A stretch of DNA of 64,000 bases from a virus, in IMG/VR virus record IMGVR_UViG_3300033153_005694, positions 1-64,000 of that record; one strand, written 5' to 3'. Positions 11,310 to 20,811 of the stretch are shown here, piece by piece (position 1 is the stretch's first letter; every line of letters starts with the position of its first letter). The position numbers and the translations under genes are program-made. Under the pieces are notes generated by a model. The model made no database searches, was not told where the DNA came from, and was given only the letters and a program-made list of their open reading frames with translations.

Positions 11310-12445
11310 TGGCATTAGCAATACCAAACGATTGGGCAGCACATTTAGCTGGAGGAAAACCCATACCAATGAACTTCTTGTTGGTTGGACAAGATGGGAC
11401 AAGTTATGTAGATGCTTCTACTGATATGATTATGTCTAACAAAGTGACAGAGCCTTATAACAGGCAGTATAGTTCAGATAATGGTGATACATGGAATAAT
11501 ATTGCTATCTCTATGGATTTGGTAGCTAACTCTGATTATACAGAAAGCACAGGAAAAGTTTTTATTGTAAACTACACATCACACAACACACCACTAACAC
11601 AATCTACACCTAAACCAGTAAAGCTAGTACAAGACAAAGTAATAGCTAGTAACTCACATAGTTGGTATAAAGGTGCTGGATTAGTTAATGCTGTTACAGG
11701 TAAAGTAAGTGTTGGTAATGGTGATAATGGGTTAGAGAGTCGTAGTTTAGAGAATGCTGAGATAGGAATATCAGATATTGGAGAGCTAAAAACTGGAAGT
11801 ACCTATACAGTTTTACTTGGAGAAACGGTCACATATCAAGGTGGTGGTGTAAATGGTACAGTTGGTTCTGTCTATGAAAGATTAAATAGCGATTGGGTTT
11901 CTCACACATTAGCGGGATTCTATGGTGATGATAACACAAGATGGAAATTGATAGCTAATGCTAGTATTCCACAACACCCAACACTATCACTAGACAATGC
12001 AGATTCACCAGCTTCTAAAGTATTCGGTACATTAGCAGTAGATGATAATGGAGAGTATTTAGTTCAGGTTATAGGTGAAGAGATGATATGGGATTATGGT
12101 GCTGATAATGGTGGAGAGTTTAGTGCTAAGGATAGTTCGATAAGCAATAGCTATTCCCCTGATATTACATATAGATTTACTACTGGTGATTTAGCAGGGT
12201 TAATATTAACTACTCAGTATAATTTGATTTCTGTTGTAATAGATGCTGACTATTCTTTAGTAAAAGGTAATGTTATAAGAGATAGTGATGGAGCAGTAGC
12301 TTTTAAATCTTGGGATGGTAATGGATTTGGAGATGATAATACATTTGAACAACTAACCAATGGTAATATCACTGATTTAAATGGGAATACAGTACAAACC
12401 AAAGTGTTAACACAAAGAACAGGAGTATTTAAAGATGACAACTAA
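11309..12445 (+). CDS. Tail fibre/RBP C-terminal part (probable split gene, part 3)
   Basis: Beta-rich. HPTLSL..DSPASKV and GFGDDNTF..TDLNGNTV motifs. Precedes a chaperone gene. Confidence 0.6.
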   Translation: MALAIPNDWAAHLAGGKPIPMNFLLVGQDGTSYVDASTDMIMSNKVTEPYNRQYSSDNGDTWNNIAISMDLVANSDYTESTGKVFIVNYTSHNTPLTQSTPKPVKLVQDKVIASNSHSWYKGAGLVNAVTGKVSVGNGDNGLESRSLENAEIGISDIGELKTGSTYTVLLGETVTYQGGGVNGTVGSVYERLNSDWVSHTLAGFYGDDNTRWKLIANASIPQHPTLSLDNADSPASKVFGTLAVDDNGEYLVQVIGEEMIWDYGADNGGEFSAKDSSISNSYSPDITYRFTTGDLAGLILTTQYNLISVVIDADYSLVKGNVIRDSDGAVAFKSWDGNGFGDDNTFEQLTNGNITDLNGNTVQTKVLTQRTGVFKDDN

Positions 12446-13181
12446 GATAGAAAAAGCATTAAACTCAGGAAAGATTAAAGGGGCGAAAGCTCTTTTATCT
12501 AATTACTATTTAGCAGAAGACGAATCTAAATGGTTAAACGATAAACAATCAGAGTATGAGTTAATATATCCTCCATATAGAGATATGACTAATGAAGAGA
12601 AATTAGCTAACGATACAGTAGAGGATGAAGTTATTGTAAGAGAAGAAGATTATGTATATCCTCAAATAGCTATAGATTATTCAGAAGATGAAAGCTATGT
12701 AACTTTTAATGAATGGATAAATGAAACAATAATTACTCAGGAATATGTAGAAGCTACTTACGATGAAGAGGGTATGGTAATTACAGCAGAAGTTCCAGAG
12801 ATAACTGAGTTAGTTAGACCATATACTCCAGTAAGTGTTACAGATAGAGTAGATGGGTATTTAGCTCCTTATAATTTACAAATTGCTAAAGATGCTAAGC
12901 AAGTAGAATTAGACACATTAATTGTAGAAGCTAATACTGTACCATTTGATGGAAATATACAATCGATAGGTTATATGTCTTCAGTATTGGCTCTTGCTAA
13001 CTTTAAAATGATACAAGCAGTAAGTGCTGGTGTATCTATGGCAGATGCTTATGATGGTATATATAAAACTATTGTTCAGTGGAAAAATGCTAATGATAGT
13101 ATTAGTGATGTACAATTAGAAACTGTAGCGGAAGCCTTAGAAAAAGCAATGATGGCTATTGCTACTATAAAGACTACGTAA
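12435..13181 (+). CDS. Tail fibre assembly protein (DUF4376-like C-terminus)
   Basis: PFDGN..S..M..QWKNAND...V.LE..EALEKAM. Confidence 0.55.
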   Translation: MTTKIEKALNSGKIKGAKALLSNYYLAEDESKWLNDKQSEYELIYPPYRDMTNEEKLANDTVEDEVIVREEDYVYPQIAIDYSEDESYVTFNEWINETIITQEYVEATYDEEGMVITAEVPEITELVRPYTPVSVTDRVDGYLAPYNLQIAKDAKQVELDTLIVEANTVPFDGNIQSIGYMSSVLALANFKMIQAVSAGVSMADAYDGIYKTIVQWKNANDSISDVQLETVAEALEKAMMAIATIKTT

Positions 13182-13246
13182 TGAAGTATTTAGAATATAT
13201 AGGAATACTACTATTTATGATCTTTAGGAAGATCTTCTTAAGGTAG
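13181..13246 (+). pseudogene. N-terminal remnant resembling the start of 14308..14973
   Basis: MKYLEYIGILLFMIFRKIFLR* versus MKYIRYILIGIWTIIRKII. Confidence 0.6.
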
Positions 13247-13259
13247 AATAGTGTATAAT
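13238..13259 (+). promoter_or_regulatory. Promoter TTAAG-N11-TATAAT at the left edge of an endonuclease cassette
   Basis: ttaag gtagaatagtg tataat. Confidence 0.7.
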
Positions 13260-13290
13260 ATTACTGTAATCAATAAGAAGGAATAGTAGT

Positions 13291-13407
13291 ATGAAAACAC
13301 TAAAAGTAAATATAAGTATATGGAGAAGGTTGAAGCAATTAGCTTTAGATAATGATAGTACGATAGGTAAAGAAATAGAAAGGATGCTAGATGGAGATAC
13401 AAAATGA
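13291..13407 (+). CDS. Small ribbon-helix-helix-like protein (38 aa)
   Basis: Manual translation MKTLKVNISIWRRLKQLALDNDSTIGKEIERMLDGDTK; AAGGA RBS. Confidence 0.55.
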   Translation: MKTLKVNISIWRRLKQLALDNDSTIGKEIERMLDGDTK

Positions 13408-14311
13408 TACACCAGTAGTATACCTAACTATGTACCTTGGAGATTTAATGCCTAAATGGTATATAGGCTCTAGTAAACTATCTAAAATAAGAAATGGGTA
13501 TAATGGCTCAGTTCAAAGTAAGAAGTATAAAAGTACATGGAATACTGAAAGAAAAGCTAATAAGAAGCTATTCCATACACGAGTACTTAGTTGCCATAAC
13601 TCTGTAGCAGAAGCTCTTAAAGAGGAACTTAGATTACAGGTAAAACATAATGTCGTACTAAACTCTAACTATATTAATCTAGCTTTAGCGCAAAAAGATG
13701 GTTACTTTGGCTATTCTGAACAAGGTATATTTCATACTAGACTAAAGGCCACTGGAAAAATTGTATGTATTAGTTCTGATGAATATAGCAAAAATAAAGA
13801 ATTATATACTACTCCGTCTAGTAATGTAGTATACTGTACTGATCGCAAAGGAAGTAGTGCTGCTATAACTAAAGAAGAATATGCACTTGGCGGCTTTAGA
13901 CACAACAGTTATAATACCGTAACTGTACTAGGTAAAGACGATAACTACATAAAAGTTAGTAAAGAAGAGTTTAGTAATAATGCTAATTTGAAAGGTGTTG
14001 CTTCAGGCTCTATTACAGTGTATGATACTATACTTAAAGAAAATAGGAGAGTAAGCAAGAAAGTGTTCTCTGAGAGTTGTACTTTAGTTGCAGTATCAAA
14101 AGACTTAGTATCAGTTATTGATACAAATACCGGTAAGAGCATAAAGGTAACAACTGCTGAGTTTAAGGCGAATACTAATTACGTAGGAGTAAATAAAGGT
14201 AGGAAATTAAAGATGAAGTCTCGTAAATGTCCACATTGTGGAAAAGAAGGTAAAGGTGGTGCTATGACTCAATGGCATTTTGATAACTGTAGATATAAGG
14301 AAGTTAGATGA
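13391..14311 (+). mobile_element. GIY-YIG (Seg-like) homing endonuclease
   Basis: VVYLT..WYIGSS..YNGS..E..LQ..YIN; repeated V.D..G...KVS.EEF units; CPHCGKEG..M.QWHFDNC. Confidence 0.85.
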
Positions 14312-14973
14312 AATATATAAGATACATACTTATAGGTATATGGACTATAATTAGAAAAATTATAGGTGTGCCAGTAACACTTATTGTTGCTCCTTTTAGG
14401 GGTTGGGCTAATAATGTGGTATTTAATTATGCATTACAAAATAAAGATGTTTATATAAAAAGACTAAGTGAAAGGCCTATTACGTTAAACCAAATTAGTG
14501 GTAATTGGGATATTGGTCCTTATCATGGTACGGATGGTGGCTATATCAGATATAGAAAAATTAGTAAAATAGAGTACATAATCGCCTATTGGTGTGTGTT
14601 TGGCTGGATGGATCAGGATAGTAACTATGACACATTTTGTAATACGTACAATCAAACTATCATAGATGGGGAAAGAATGACTTGGCTTCCTCAATATATA
14701 ATTGATAGACTAACTGAAGATAATGAAGTCTGCAGAAATACAATATATGGTAATACATTTGATTTAGGGGACAAAAGGGCAGACTATTCCGTGTTTAGGT
14801 TCTGGTCAGTATTACTGTGGTCTATCAGGAATACAGCCTACGGATTTAAGTATATGCAATTTGAAACTGATAAGCCTAGAAGTGAATGGTTCTGGTTAGA
14901 TATAAGCAAACTAGGTGGAACTGGATTTGGTAATAGACCTAAAGATGGAAGGCTAGAGTTTGGCTGGTTCTAA
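14308..14973 (+). CDS. Membrane-associated hypothetical protein
   Basis: Hydrophobic N-terminus, W..D.D and W..RNTAYGF motifs; translationally coupled. Confidence 0.6.
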   Translation: MKYIRYILIGIWTIIRKIIGVPVTLIVAPFRGWANNVVFNYALQNKDVYIKRLSERPITLNQISGNWDIGPYHGTDGGYIRYRKISKIEYIIAYWCVFGWMDQDSNYDTFCNTYNQTIIDGERMTWLPQYIIDRLTEDNEVCRNTIYGNTFDLGDKRADYSVFRFWSVLLWSIRNTAYGFKYMQFETDKPRSEWFWLDISKLGGTGFGNRPKDGRLEFGWF

Positions 14974-14974
14974 A

Positions 14975-15067
14975 ATAGATTGGTGTACAGGATGGTGGGA
15001 TACCTATTTAGGAGTAGATATCTCCGATTGTTGTAAAGATGATAAAGCAACACTTAAGCATATATAA
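14975..15067 (+). pseudogene. N-terminal remnant of the PLA2-like gene found at 15740
   Basis: IDWCTGWWDTYLGVDISDCCK versus DYCTGFPDTYLGVSIKECCR; shared gatacctatttagg. Confidence 0.7.
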
Positions 15068-15102
15068 GGTATAGTACTTATATTAAATGATAAGGAATAA
15101 GT

Positions 15103-15747
15103 ATGAGAAATAGTTATACAGAGGAAGCGGACCACTACAAGATAGAGTTGGTACAAAAAGGGATAAGTATTGGAGCTATGTTAATAGATAAGGAAGACTT
15201 TGAGTTAGTGCCTAAGAACTCATGGCATTTAAGTGTTAGAGGCTATCCTGCGGCTAGGGTTGATAATAAGTTAGTTACAATACACCAACTAGTAGTGAAC
15301 GGACAGTCTAAAACAATAGATCATATAAGTCGAGATAAACTAGATAATAGGAAGGTTAATTTGAGATTTGCTACTCAACAATTAAATGCTAATAATGTTA
15401 CAGGTAGAAAAGGGTATCACAAGAATAGAGGTAAATGGGTTACCCAATTACGTCTAAATGGCAAGGCTGTACACTTAGGTAGGTTCAATACTGAACAAGA
15501 AGCAAAAGATATGTATGATGCTGCTCATAAATATAGAGTAGACTGTATAGAGAAAAATATACCGATAGACTTAAATAAAATTAAGAAAAGAGAACATGAT
15601 AAGTATGCATCAACAGGGTTTACAGGGCAAAAATATATAGTTGAGTATAATGACAAGTTTAGAGTTAAGAATAAAGATAATAGAATAGAGAAGCTTTGTG
15701 ATACTATCGAAGAAGCAATAAAATTAAGGAATGAATTATATGATTAA
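15103..15747 (+). mobile_element. HNH/AP2 homing endonuclease
   Basis: IDKEDFELV..W..IHQLV..IDHISRDKLDNRKVNLR; KW..HLGRFNTEQEA. Own promoter at 15054-15075. Confidence 0.9.
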
Positions 15748-15972
15748 AGATTACGATAAAAATAAAGACTACTGTACAGGATTCCCTGATACCTATTTAG
15801 GTGTCAGTATAAAGGAGTGCTGTAGGCAGAGCATGATGAAACATTAAGCACAGGTAAATTCTATAGTTGCTTAAAGAAGAAACTAGGTTGGTTTCATGCT
15901 GGATATATAACCGCAGGTGGTACAATAGGTGCCTGGGTAAAATATCCAATAAAAATGATTAAAAGGATATAA
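15740..15972 (+). pseudogene. Small phospholipase A2-like protein, frameshifted near 15830
   Basis: DYCTGFPD..ECCRQ / HDETLSTGKFYSCL..GAWVKYP. Two extra nt (cag ag cat) break the CCxxHD motif. Confidence 0.55.
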
Positions 15973-15974
15973 AG

Positions 15975-16415
15975 ATGTGGATGGAGTTATTACCGTTAAT
16001 CGGTGGAGGTGTGTTTGGTGCTATTACTAAGTTGTTTAGTATGAGCATGAAGTATAAAGCTGAGCAAAGCAGGTTGATGATGGCGTTGGCTACTCAAAGA
16101 CAAGATGCCATCAATGAAGTGAATAAACTAGATAATAAGGAAAGTTTTAGCTTTGCTAAAAGAATGATAGCATTTAGCATTACGGGAATAGTAGTAGCTG
16201 CATTTGCAGGTGCATACCTGAATCCTGATGTACCTATACACGTAATGACAGAAATTAAGACTGGCGGTAGTTACCTGTTTGGACTAGTAGATACGACTGC
16301 AACTGAGCAAGTATGGACTGAGTTGAAGGGTGCGGTGGTATTGCCTGAAGTAGTGAACTCGTTTAAAGTGATTATAGGCGCGTATTTTGGTGCATCAATA
16401 GCAAGTAGTAGATGA
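15975..16415 (+). CDS. Holin-like membrane protein
   Basis: Multiple TM segments, IIGAYFG C-terminus, lysis-cassette context. Confidence 0.6.
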   Translation: MWMELLPLIGGGVFGAITKLFSMSMKYKAEQSRLMMALATQRQDAINEVNKLDNKESFSFAKRMIAFSITGIVVAAFAGAYLNPDVPIHVMTEIKTGGSYLFGLVDTTATEQVWTELKGAVVLPEVVNSFKVIIGAYFGASIASSR

Positions 16416-16606
16416 TGGATAAGGATATTATACGATTAAAATTTAGGGTTACTGCTTTAATGGTTTTAGTAGTATCTCTGCTGTTAGCGATAGCACTAGA
16501 TATGCTTAGTATAGATGCTACGACATTTATAAGCGTATTTCAGGCAAGTATTGTTCCGTTGAGCGGACTAATTGTAGCAGACTATGCAACAAAGCCTACA
16601 AAATAA
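16412..16606 (+). CDS. Small 2-TM protein (holin-like)
   Basis: Two hydrophobic helices, ATGA coupling. Confidence 0.55.
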   Translation: MMDKDIIRLKFRVTALMVLVVSLLLAIALDMLSIDATTFISVFQASIVPLSGLIVADYATKPTK

Positions 16607-16618
16607 AGGAAATAGTTA

Positions 16619-16978
16619 GTGGAGAACGAAATAAGAAAAGAGATACAATCTATTCGAGAAGATAGAGCTACAGATTCACAGAGGATTAAGAATATTGAAG
16701 ATGGGTTGAAACCAATATTGAAAGAATTCAAAGAAGCTATAAAAGACGTAATTATATTACAGAATGAGCAAGAAAGAATTAAGAATGTAGATTTGGCTAA
16801 GCAGATTGCGGATGAGGCGGCTACGTTGTATAGGGATATCTACGAACCTATTATAGAAGAACTTGTAGATAGTAAGATAAATACGTTTCATACAGAAGTT
16901 CGATGGAAGATGATACTTACGGTTGGCTCAATTATAGGCCCTCTGGGTCTAGTAGTACTAGGTTGGATACTGCCATGA
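16619..16978 (+). CDS. Coiled-coil protein with C-terminal TM anchor
   Basis: Charged heptad N-terminus, hydrophobic C-terminus, AAGGA RBS. Confidence 0.6.
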   Translation: MENEIRKEIQSIREDRATDSQRIKNIEDGLKPILKEFKEAIKDVIILQNEQERIKNVDLAKQIADEAATLYRDIYEPIIEELVDSKINTFHTEVRWKMILTVGSIIGPLGLVVLGWILP

Positions 16979-17430
16979 AAGATAATACTCTTCTAGTAGT
17001 AGAAGATGATATAGTAATAAATGAACTGTATGTAACGATATTTGGTAGACTATTTAAAGAAGTTGTAGTTGCATATAATGGACGAGAAGCAATAGAAAAG
17101 TTAGAGAAGTATCAAATAGACGTAGTATTGACGGATATTAATATGCCAGATGGTACAGGACAAGACGTAGTAGAGTATGTAGCTAAACAAGAAGTAAAAC
17201 GGCCCATTGTGATAATTACTGCGCATGATAAACTACGAAAGATGTATGATGAAAGTGAATGTGTAGTCGTACACAGGAAACCTGCAGATTTGCAAGTTAT
17301 CATTAAAGATCTAGAGAGACTGCTAGATAAAAGACATGCCTGTACAAATACGAAAGTATACGAGAAATTAGAACAATTAACAAAAAAAGTAGATGCGTTC
17401 CTAGATTTGCTACATTCCAAAGAAGTGTAG
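16975..17430 (+). CDS. Stand-alone response regulator receiver (CheY-like) domain protein
   Basis: LVVEDD, VLTDINMP (phospho-Asp), IITAH, RKP. Likely start is ATG 16975 (ATGA overlap). Confidence 0.9.
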   Translation: MKDNTLLVVEDDIVINELYVTIFGRLFKEVVVAYNGREAIEKLEKYQIDVVLTDINMPDGTGQDVVEYVAKQEVKRPIVIITAHDKLRKMYDESECVVVHRKPADLQVIIKDLERLLDKRHACTNTKVYEKLEQLTKKVDAFLDLLHSKEV

Positions 17431-17527
17431 TATAGGTACCACGTTGCTTATAGGTATTGTATTAAGTATATATATGGCGCTTTTAGTAGTGGCTTACTAC
17501 TCAGCAAAGAAAAAGTAAAGGAAAAAT

Positions 17528-17935
17528 ATGGGAAAATTTGTATTCGGTAAAAGAAGTAACGAGAAGTTAAGTGGGGTAGAACCAGAAGTTAAAGAACTGT
17601 GTGAGCTAGCATTGAAGTTTACGAAGATAGACTTTGGGGTAATTGATGGGTTACGGACTGCAGAAGAGCAACAAACGCTGTATAAGCAAGGAAAAACAGA
17701 ACTAGATGGATTCAGTAGAAAGTCATGCCATCAATCTGGTAAGGCTGTAGATGTGATACCCATAAGTAAAGAGTACGATATATGGAATGTAGATAATCCT
17801 CATGTAGCGTATCTATGGTTAGAGGTATATAGGGCCTTTATGCGGGCTAGTAAGAAGCTAGGTCTTCAGCTAGAGTTTGGTGTAGGGTATAATATTAGCG
17901 GTGGCAGAGATTATCCACATATAAGCGTACTATAA
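17528..17935 (+). CDS. Endolysin, peptidase M15 (L-Ala-D-Glu peptidase type)
   Basis: DFGVIDGLRTAEEQ..L...G, KSCHQSGKAVD, DYPHI zinc-ligand motifs. Confidence 0.88.
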   Translation: MGKFVFGKRSNEKLSGVEPEVKELCELALKFTKIDFGVIDGLRTAEEQQTLYKQGKTELDGFSRKSCHQSGKAVDVIPISKEYDIWNVDNPHVAYLWLEVYRAFMRASKKLGLQLEFGVGYNISGGRDYPHISVL

Positions 17936-17997
17936 AGCTTAGCTTAAGGGAAAATTAGCTAGAATGTGGTATATACATAAATATCTAAAGGTAACAG

Positions 17998-19962
17998 ATG
18001 AAAATTAATAAGAAAGAATTGCTGACGAGTTTACAGGCAGATCTAAAAGCTAGTGAAACACTACAGAAGGAATGGCTAGCTAAAAGAAATGAATGGATTA
18101 GTGAGACATATGGTAAGCCCTATGGTAATGAAGAAAAAAATAAAAGCTCGATTGTATCGAAAGATATAAAAAAGCAATTGGAATGGATGTTGCCTGGGAT
18201 TACTGACCCTTTTCTAAGCACACCAGATGTAATCAAATGTAATCCTGTTACCTGGGAAGATAGAGATGCAGCTAAACAAAGTGAGTTGTTGCTGAATTCA
18301 CAGTTCTGTAGAAAGTTTAACAGGTATAACTTTATCATGAAAGCAACTAGAGTGCTTGCTACTGAGGGTACTGTAGTGATACAGACTGGATGGGATTACG
18401 AAGATGAAGAAGTTGAAACTATGGCTGAAACTGTGTCAGTTGATGAACTAGGTAATCAGTATGTAGAGTTGGTTGAAACTACAGAAACTAAAGTGTTACG
18501 GAATCAACCTACAGCGAAAGTATGTCGAAATGAAGATATATTCATCGATCCAACGTGTCAGGATGATATGGATAAATGTCAGTTCGTTATTTATCGATAT
18601 GAGACTGACTTGAGTACGCTGAGAGCTGATGGTAGGTATAAGAATCTAGGTAAATTAGCGAAGTCAGAAGAAGGTGAAGATATAGACTATGATTCGGAAG
18701 ATGATACAGAGTTTAGATTTAAAGATGCACCTAGAAAGAAAATGGTAGTGTATGAATATTGGGGTAACTATGATGTGGATGATGATGGTGAAGTTGAAGC
18801 TATTATATGTGCATGGGTAGGAGATACAATAATTAGATTAGAGAGTAATCCGTACCCAGATGAAAAACCACCGTTTATCGTAGTACCGTTCAATGCAATA
18901 CCTTTCCAAATGTTTGGGGAAGCACTAGCTGAAAATATTGGGGATAACCAGAAAGTTAAAACTGCTATTACAAGAGGAATACTAGACAGTATGACAAGTA
19001 GTAATAATGGGCAAATAGGTGTGAGAAAAGGTTCGCTAGATCCGAGAAATAAAAAGCTAATGTTAGCGGGTAGAAACTTTGAGTATAACGGTACGCCTAA
19101 CGACTTTTGGCAAGGAAGCTATAACAATATACCAGGAAGTGCATTTGATCTGTTAGCAGTAATGAATAACGAGATTGAAAGTCAGACAGGTACAAAGAGT
19201 TTTAGTGGTGGAATTACAGGTAGCGCACTAGGTAGTACAGCAACTGGAGCTAGAGGTGCACTAGACGCAACTGCAACTAGACGACTAAACTTGGTTAGAA
19301 ATATAGCTGAGAATATGCTGAAACCGCTGTTTAGAAAGTGGATGTCGTATAATAATGAGTTTCTAGAGGATGAGGAAGTAATTCGATATACGAATGAAGA
19401 CTTTGTCGAGATAAGAAGAGATGACCTAGATGGAAGACTAGATATAGATATTAGTATCAGTACAGCAGAAGATAATGCAGCGAAGAGTTCAGAGTTGAGT
19501 TTCCTATTGCAGACACTAGGTAATAACCTTCCAATGGAAATGACTCAGCTGATAATGGGTGAAATAGCTAAATTAAGTAGAATGCCAGATTTAGAGAAAA
19601 GTATTAAAGAGTATCAGCCTAAGCCGGACCCTGCAGCAGAACAAGCTAAGCAGATTGAGATGGAAAGACTGATGTTAGAAAATGAGAAAATTAAAGCAGA
19701 GATTGCTGATAGATATGCAAGAGCTGGTGAGAATGAAATTGATAGACAGCTTAAACAAGCTAAAGTAAATAGTGAAATGGCAAAAGCTAGAAAGACTAAT
19801 AGCGATGCAGATAGAGTAGATTTAGACTTCGTTGATAGAGATAACGGATTTAGAGAACAGTATGAAGCTAGTGAGAAAGAGAAAGACAGAAAGCACCAGA
19901 TAATGATGGCAGAGTTCCAGCAAAGAGCTGGTGATACCAATATCGGATTAGTTAGACAATAA
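17998..19962 (+). CDS. Portal protein (N4 gp59-like)
   Basis: VSKDIKKQLEW, IFIDPTC..D, VYEYWG, IIRLESNPYPD..PPF motifs. Confidence 0.9.
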   Translation: MKINKKELLTSLQADLKASETLQKEWLAKRNEWISETYGKPYGNEEKNKSSIVSKDIKKQLEWMLPGITDPFLSTPDVIKCNPVTWEDRDAAKQSELLLNSQFCRKFNRYNFIMKATRVLATEGTVVIQTGWDYEDEEVETMAETVSVDELGNQYVELVETTETKVLRNQPTAKVCRNEDIFIDPTCQDDMDKCQFVIYRYETDLSTLRADGRYKNLGKLAKSEEGEDIDYDSEDDTEFRFKDAPRKKMVVYEYWGNYDVDDDGEVEAIICAWVGDTIIRLESNPYPDEKPPFIVVPFNAIPFQMFGEALAENIGDNQKVKTAITRGILDSMTSSNNGQIGVRKGSLDPRNKKLMLAGRNFEYNGTPNDFWQGSYNNIPGSAFDLLAVMNNEIESQTGTKSFSGGITGSALGSTATGARGALDATATRRLNLVRNIAENMLKPLFRKWMSYNNEFLEDEEVIRYTNEDFVEIRRDDLDGRLDIDISISTAEDNAAKSSELSFLLQTLGNNLPMEMTQLIMGEIAKLSRMPDLEKSIKEYQPKPDPAAEQAKQIEMERLMLENEKIKAEIADRYARAGENEIDRQLKQAKVNSEMAKARKTNSDADRVDLDFVDRDNGFREQYEASEKEKDRKHQIMMAEFQQRAGDTNIGLVRQ

Positions 19963-19977
19963 AAATAGGAGAAATAG

Positions 19978-20304
19978 ATGAACCCATACTTAAACGAGAA
20001 TACAACAATAACAGAGGCAGTAAGTGACCAAGAATTAGGTAAACAAGCTAGGATGAGGCAAATAGCTGAGCAAGGATATACAAAAGGTATACAAGACAAC
20101 AAGCTAGCTAGTCAGGCTGCATATGAGCAAGGATTGGCTGATCAAGCTAGGAAGCTAGCAGAATTACGACAATTTGAAGGCATGCAAGCAATGACTCCTG
20201 AACAACTAGCTGAACAAGAGTATTATAGAAGACTAGATTCGTTGCCAGGGGGATTTCAAGATCCAATGCCTGACCAAGGACTAGGTGATCACTATGGCAG
20301 ATAA
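19978..20304 (+). CDS. Hypothetical protein
   Basis: AGGAG RBS, helical and Gln-rich. Confidence 0.6.
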   Translation: MNPYLNENTTITEAVSDQELGKQARMRQIAEQGYTKGIQDNKLASQAAYEQGLADQARKLAELRQFEGMQAMTPEQLAEQEYYRRLDSLPGGFQDPMPDQGLGDHYGR

Positions 20305-20476
20305 ATCAAAGATTAAAATTAAACCTGAAAATATAGGGAAATTTAATAAGTGGTGTAAAAGTCATGGGCATAAGTCTGTGACTAGGAAGTGTGAAGAAGA
20401 AGGATTAGCTAGCAAGAGTGCTGCAGTTCGGAAGATGAGTCAGTTTTCAAAAAATAGTAGAAAGTGGGGTAACTAG
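20294..20476 (+). CDS. Small basic protein (possible DNA-binding virion protein)
   Basis: IKIKPENIGKF..C..C..GLASKS.AVRK..QF.KN.RKW. Confidence 0.6.
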   Translation: MADKSKIKIKPENIGKFNKWCKSHGHKSVTRKCEEEGLASKSAAVRKMSQFSKNSRKWGN

Positions 20477-20704
20477 ATGAATGAGCAAGAAGGACTAGCA
20501 GGAATGCAACAAGGACCACAAGTGAATGTAGGTATGTTAGAGCAAGTGATACAGATGTTGATGGCAGGAACTACAGAAGCACAGTTGTTGCAGATGGGCG
20601 TACCACAAGAAGTGATTGAAGCAGCAATAGCAGAGTTGGGTATACAACAACAGCAACAAGTGTCTCAAGATGTGGGTTTAGCTGCTGCACAAGGTCTAGT
20701 ATAA
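20477..20704 (+). CDS. Hypothetical Gln-rich protein
   Basis: ORF abuts the upstream stop codon. Confidence 0.55.
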   Translation: MNEQEGLAGMQQGPQVNVGMLEQVIQMLMAGTTEAQLLQMGVPQEVIEAAIAELGIQQQQQVSQDVGLAAAQGLV

Positions 20705-20711
20705 GCCAGGT

Positions 20712-20733
20712 TTAAGAGTAGTAGTGTTATAAT
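20712..20733 (+). promoter_or_regulatory. Promoter TTAAG-N11-TATAAT for the head operon
   Basis: ttaag agtagtagtgt tataat. Confidence 0.7.
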
Positions 20734-20811
20734 AACGGTATAGAAAAAGTATGACCAAAGAATAGATGTCTCAAAAAGCTAATTTATAAATCAAAAACTA
20801 GGAGGATTCAT

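Noticed and set aside
16903-16974. Longer N-terminus for the receiver protein given in the ORF track
   Set aside because: It overlaps the upstream gene's TM segment. The ATGA-coupled start at 16975 matches the domain boundary.
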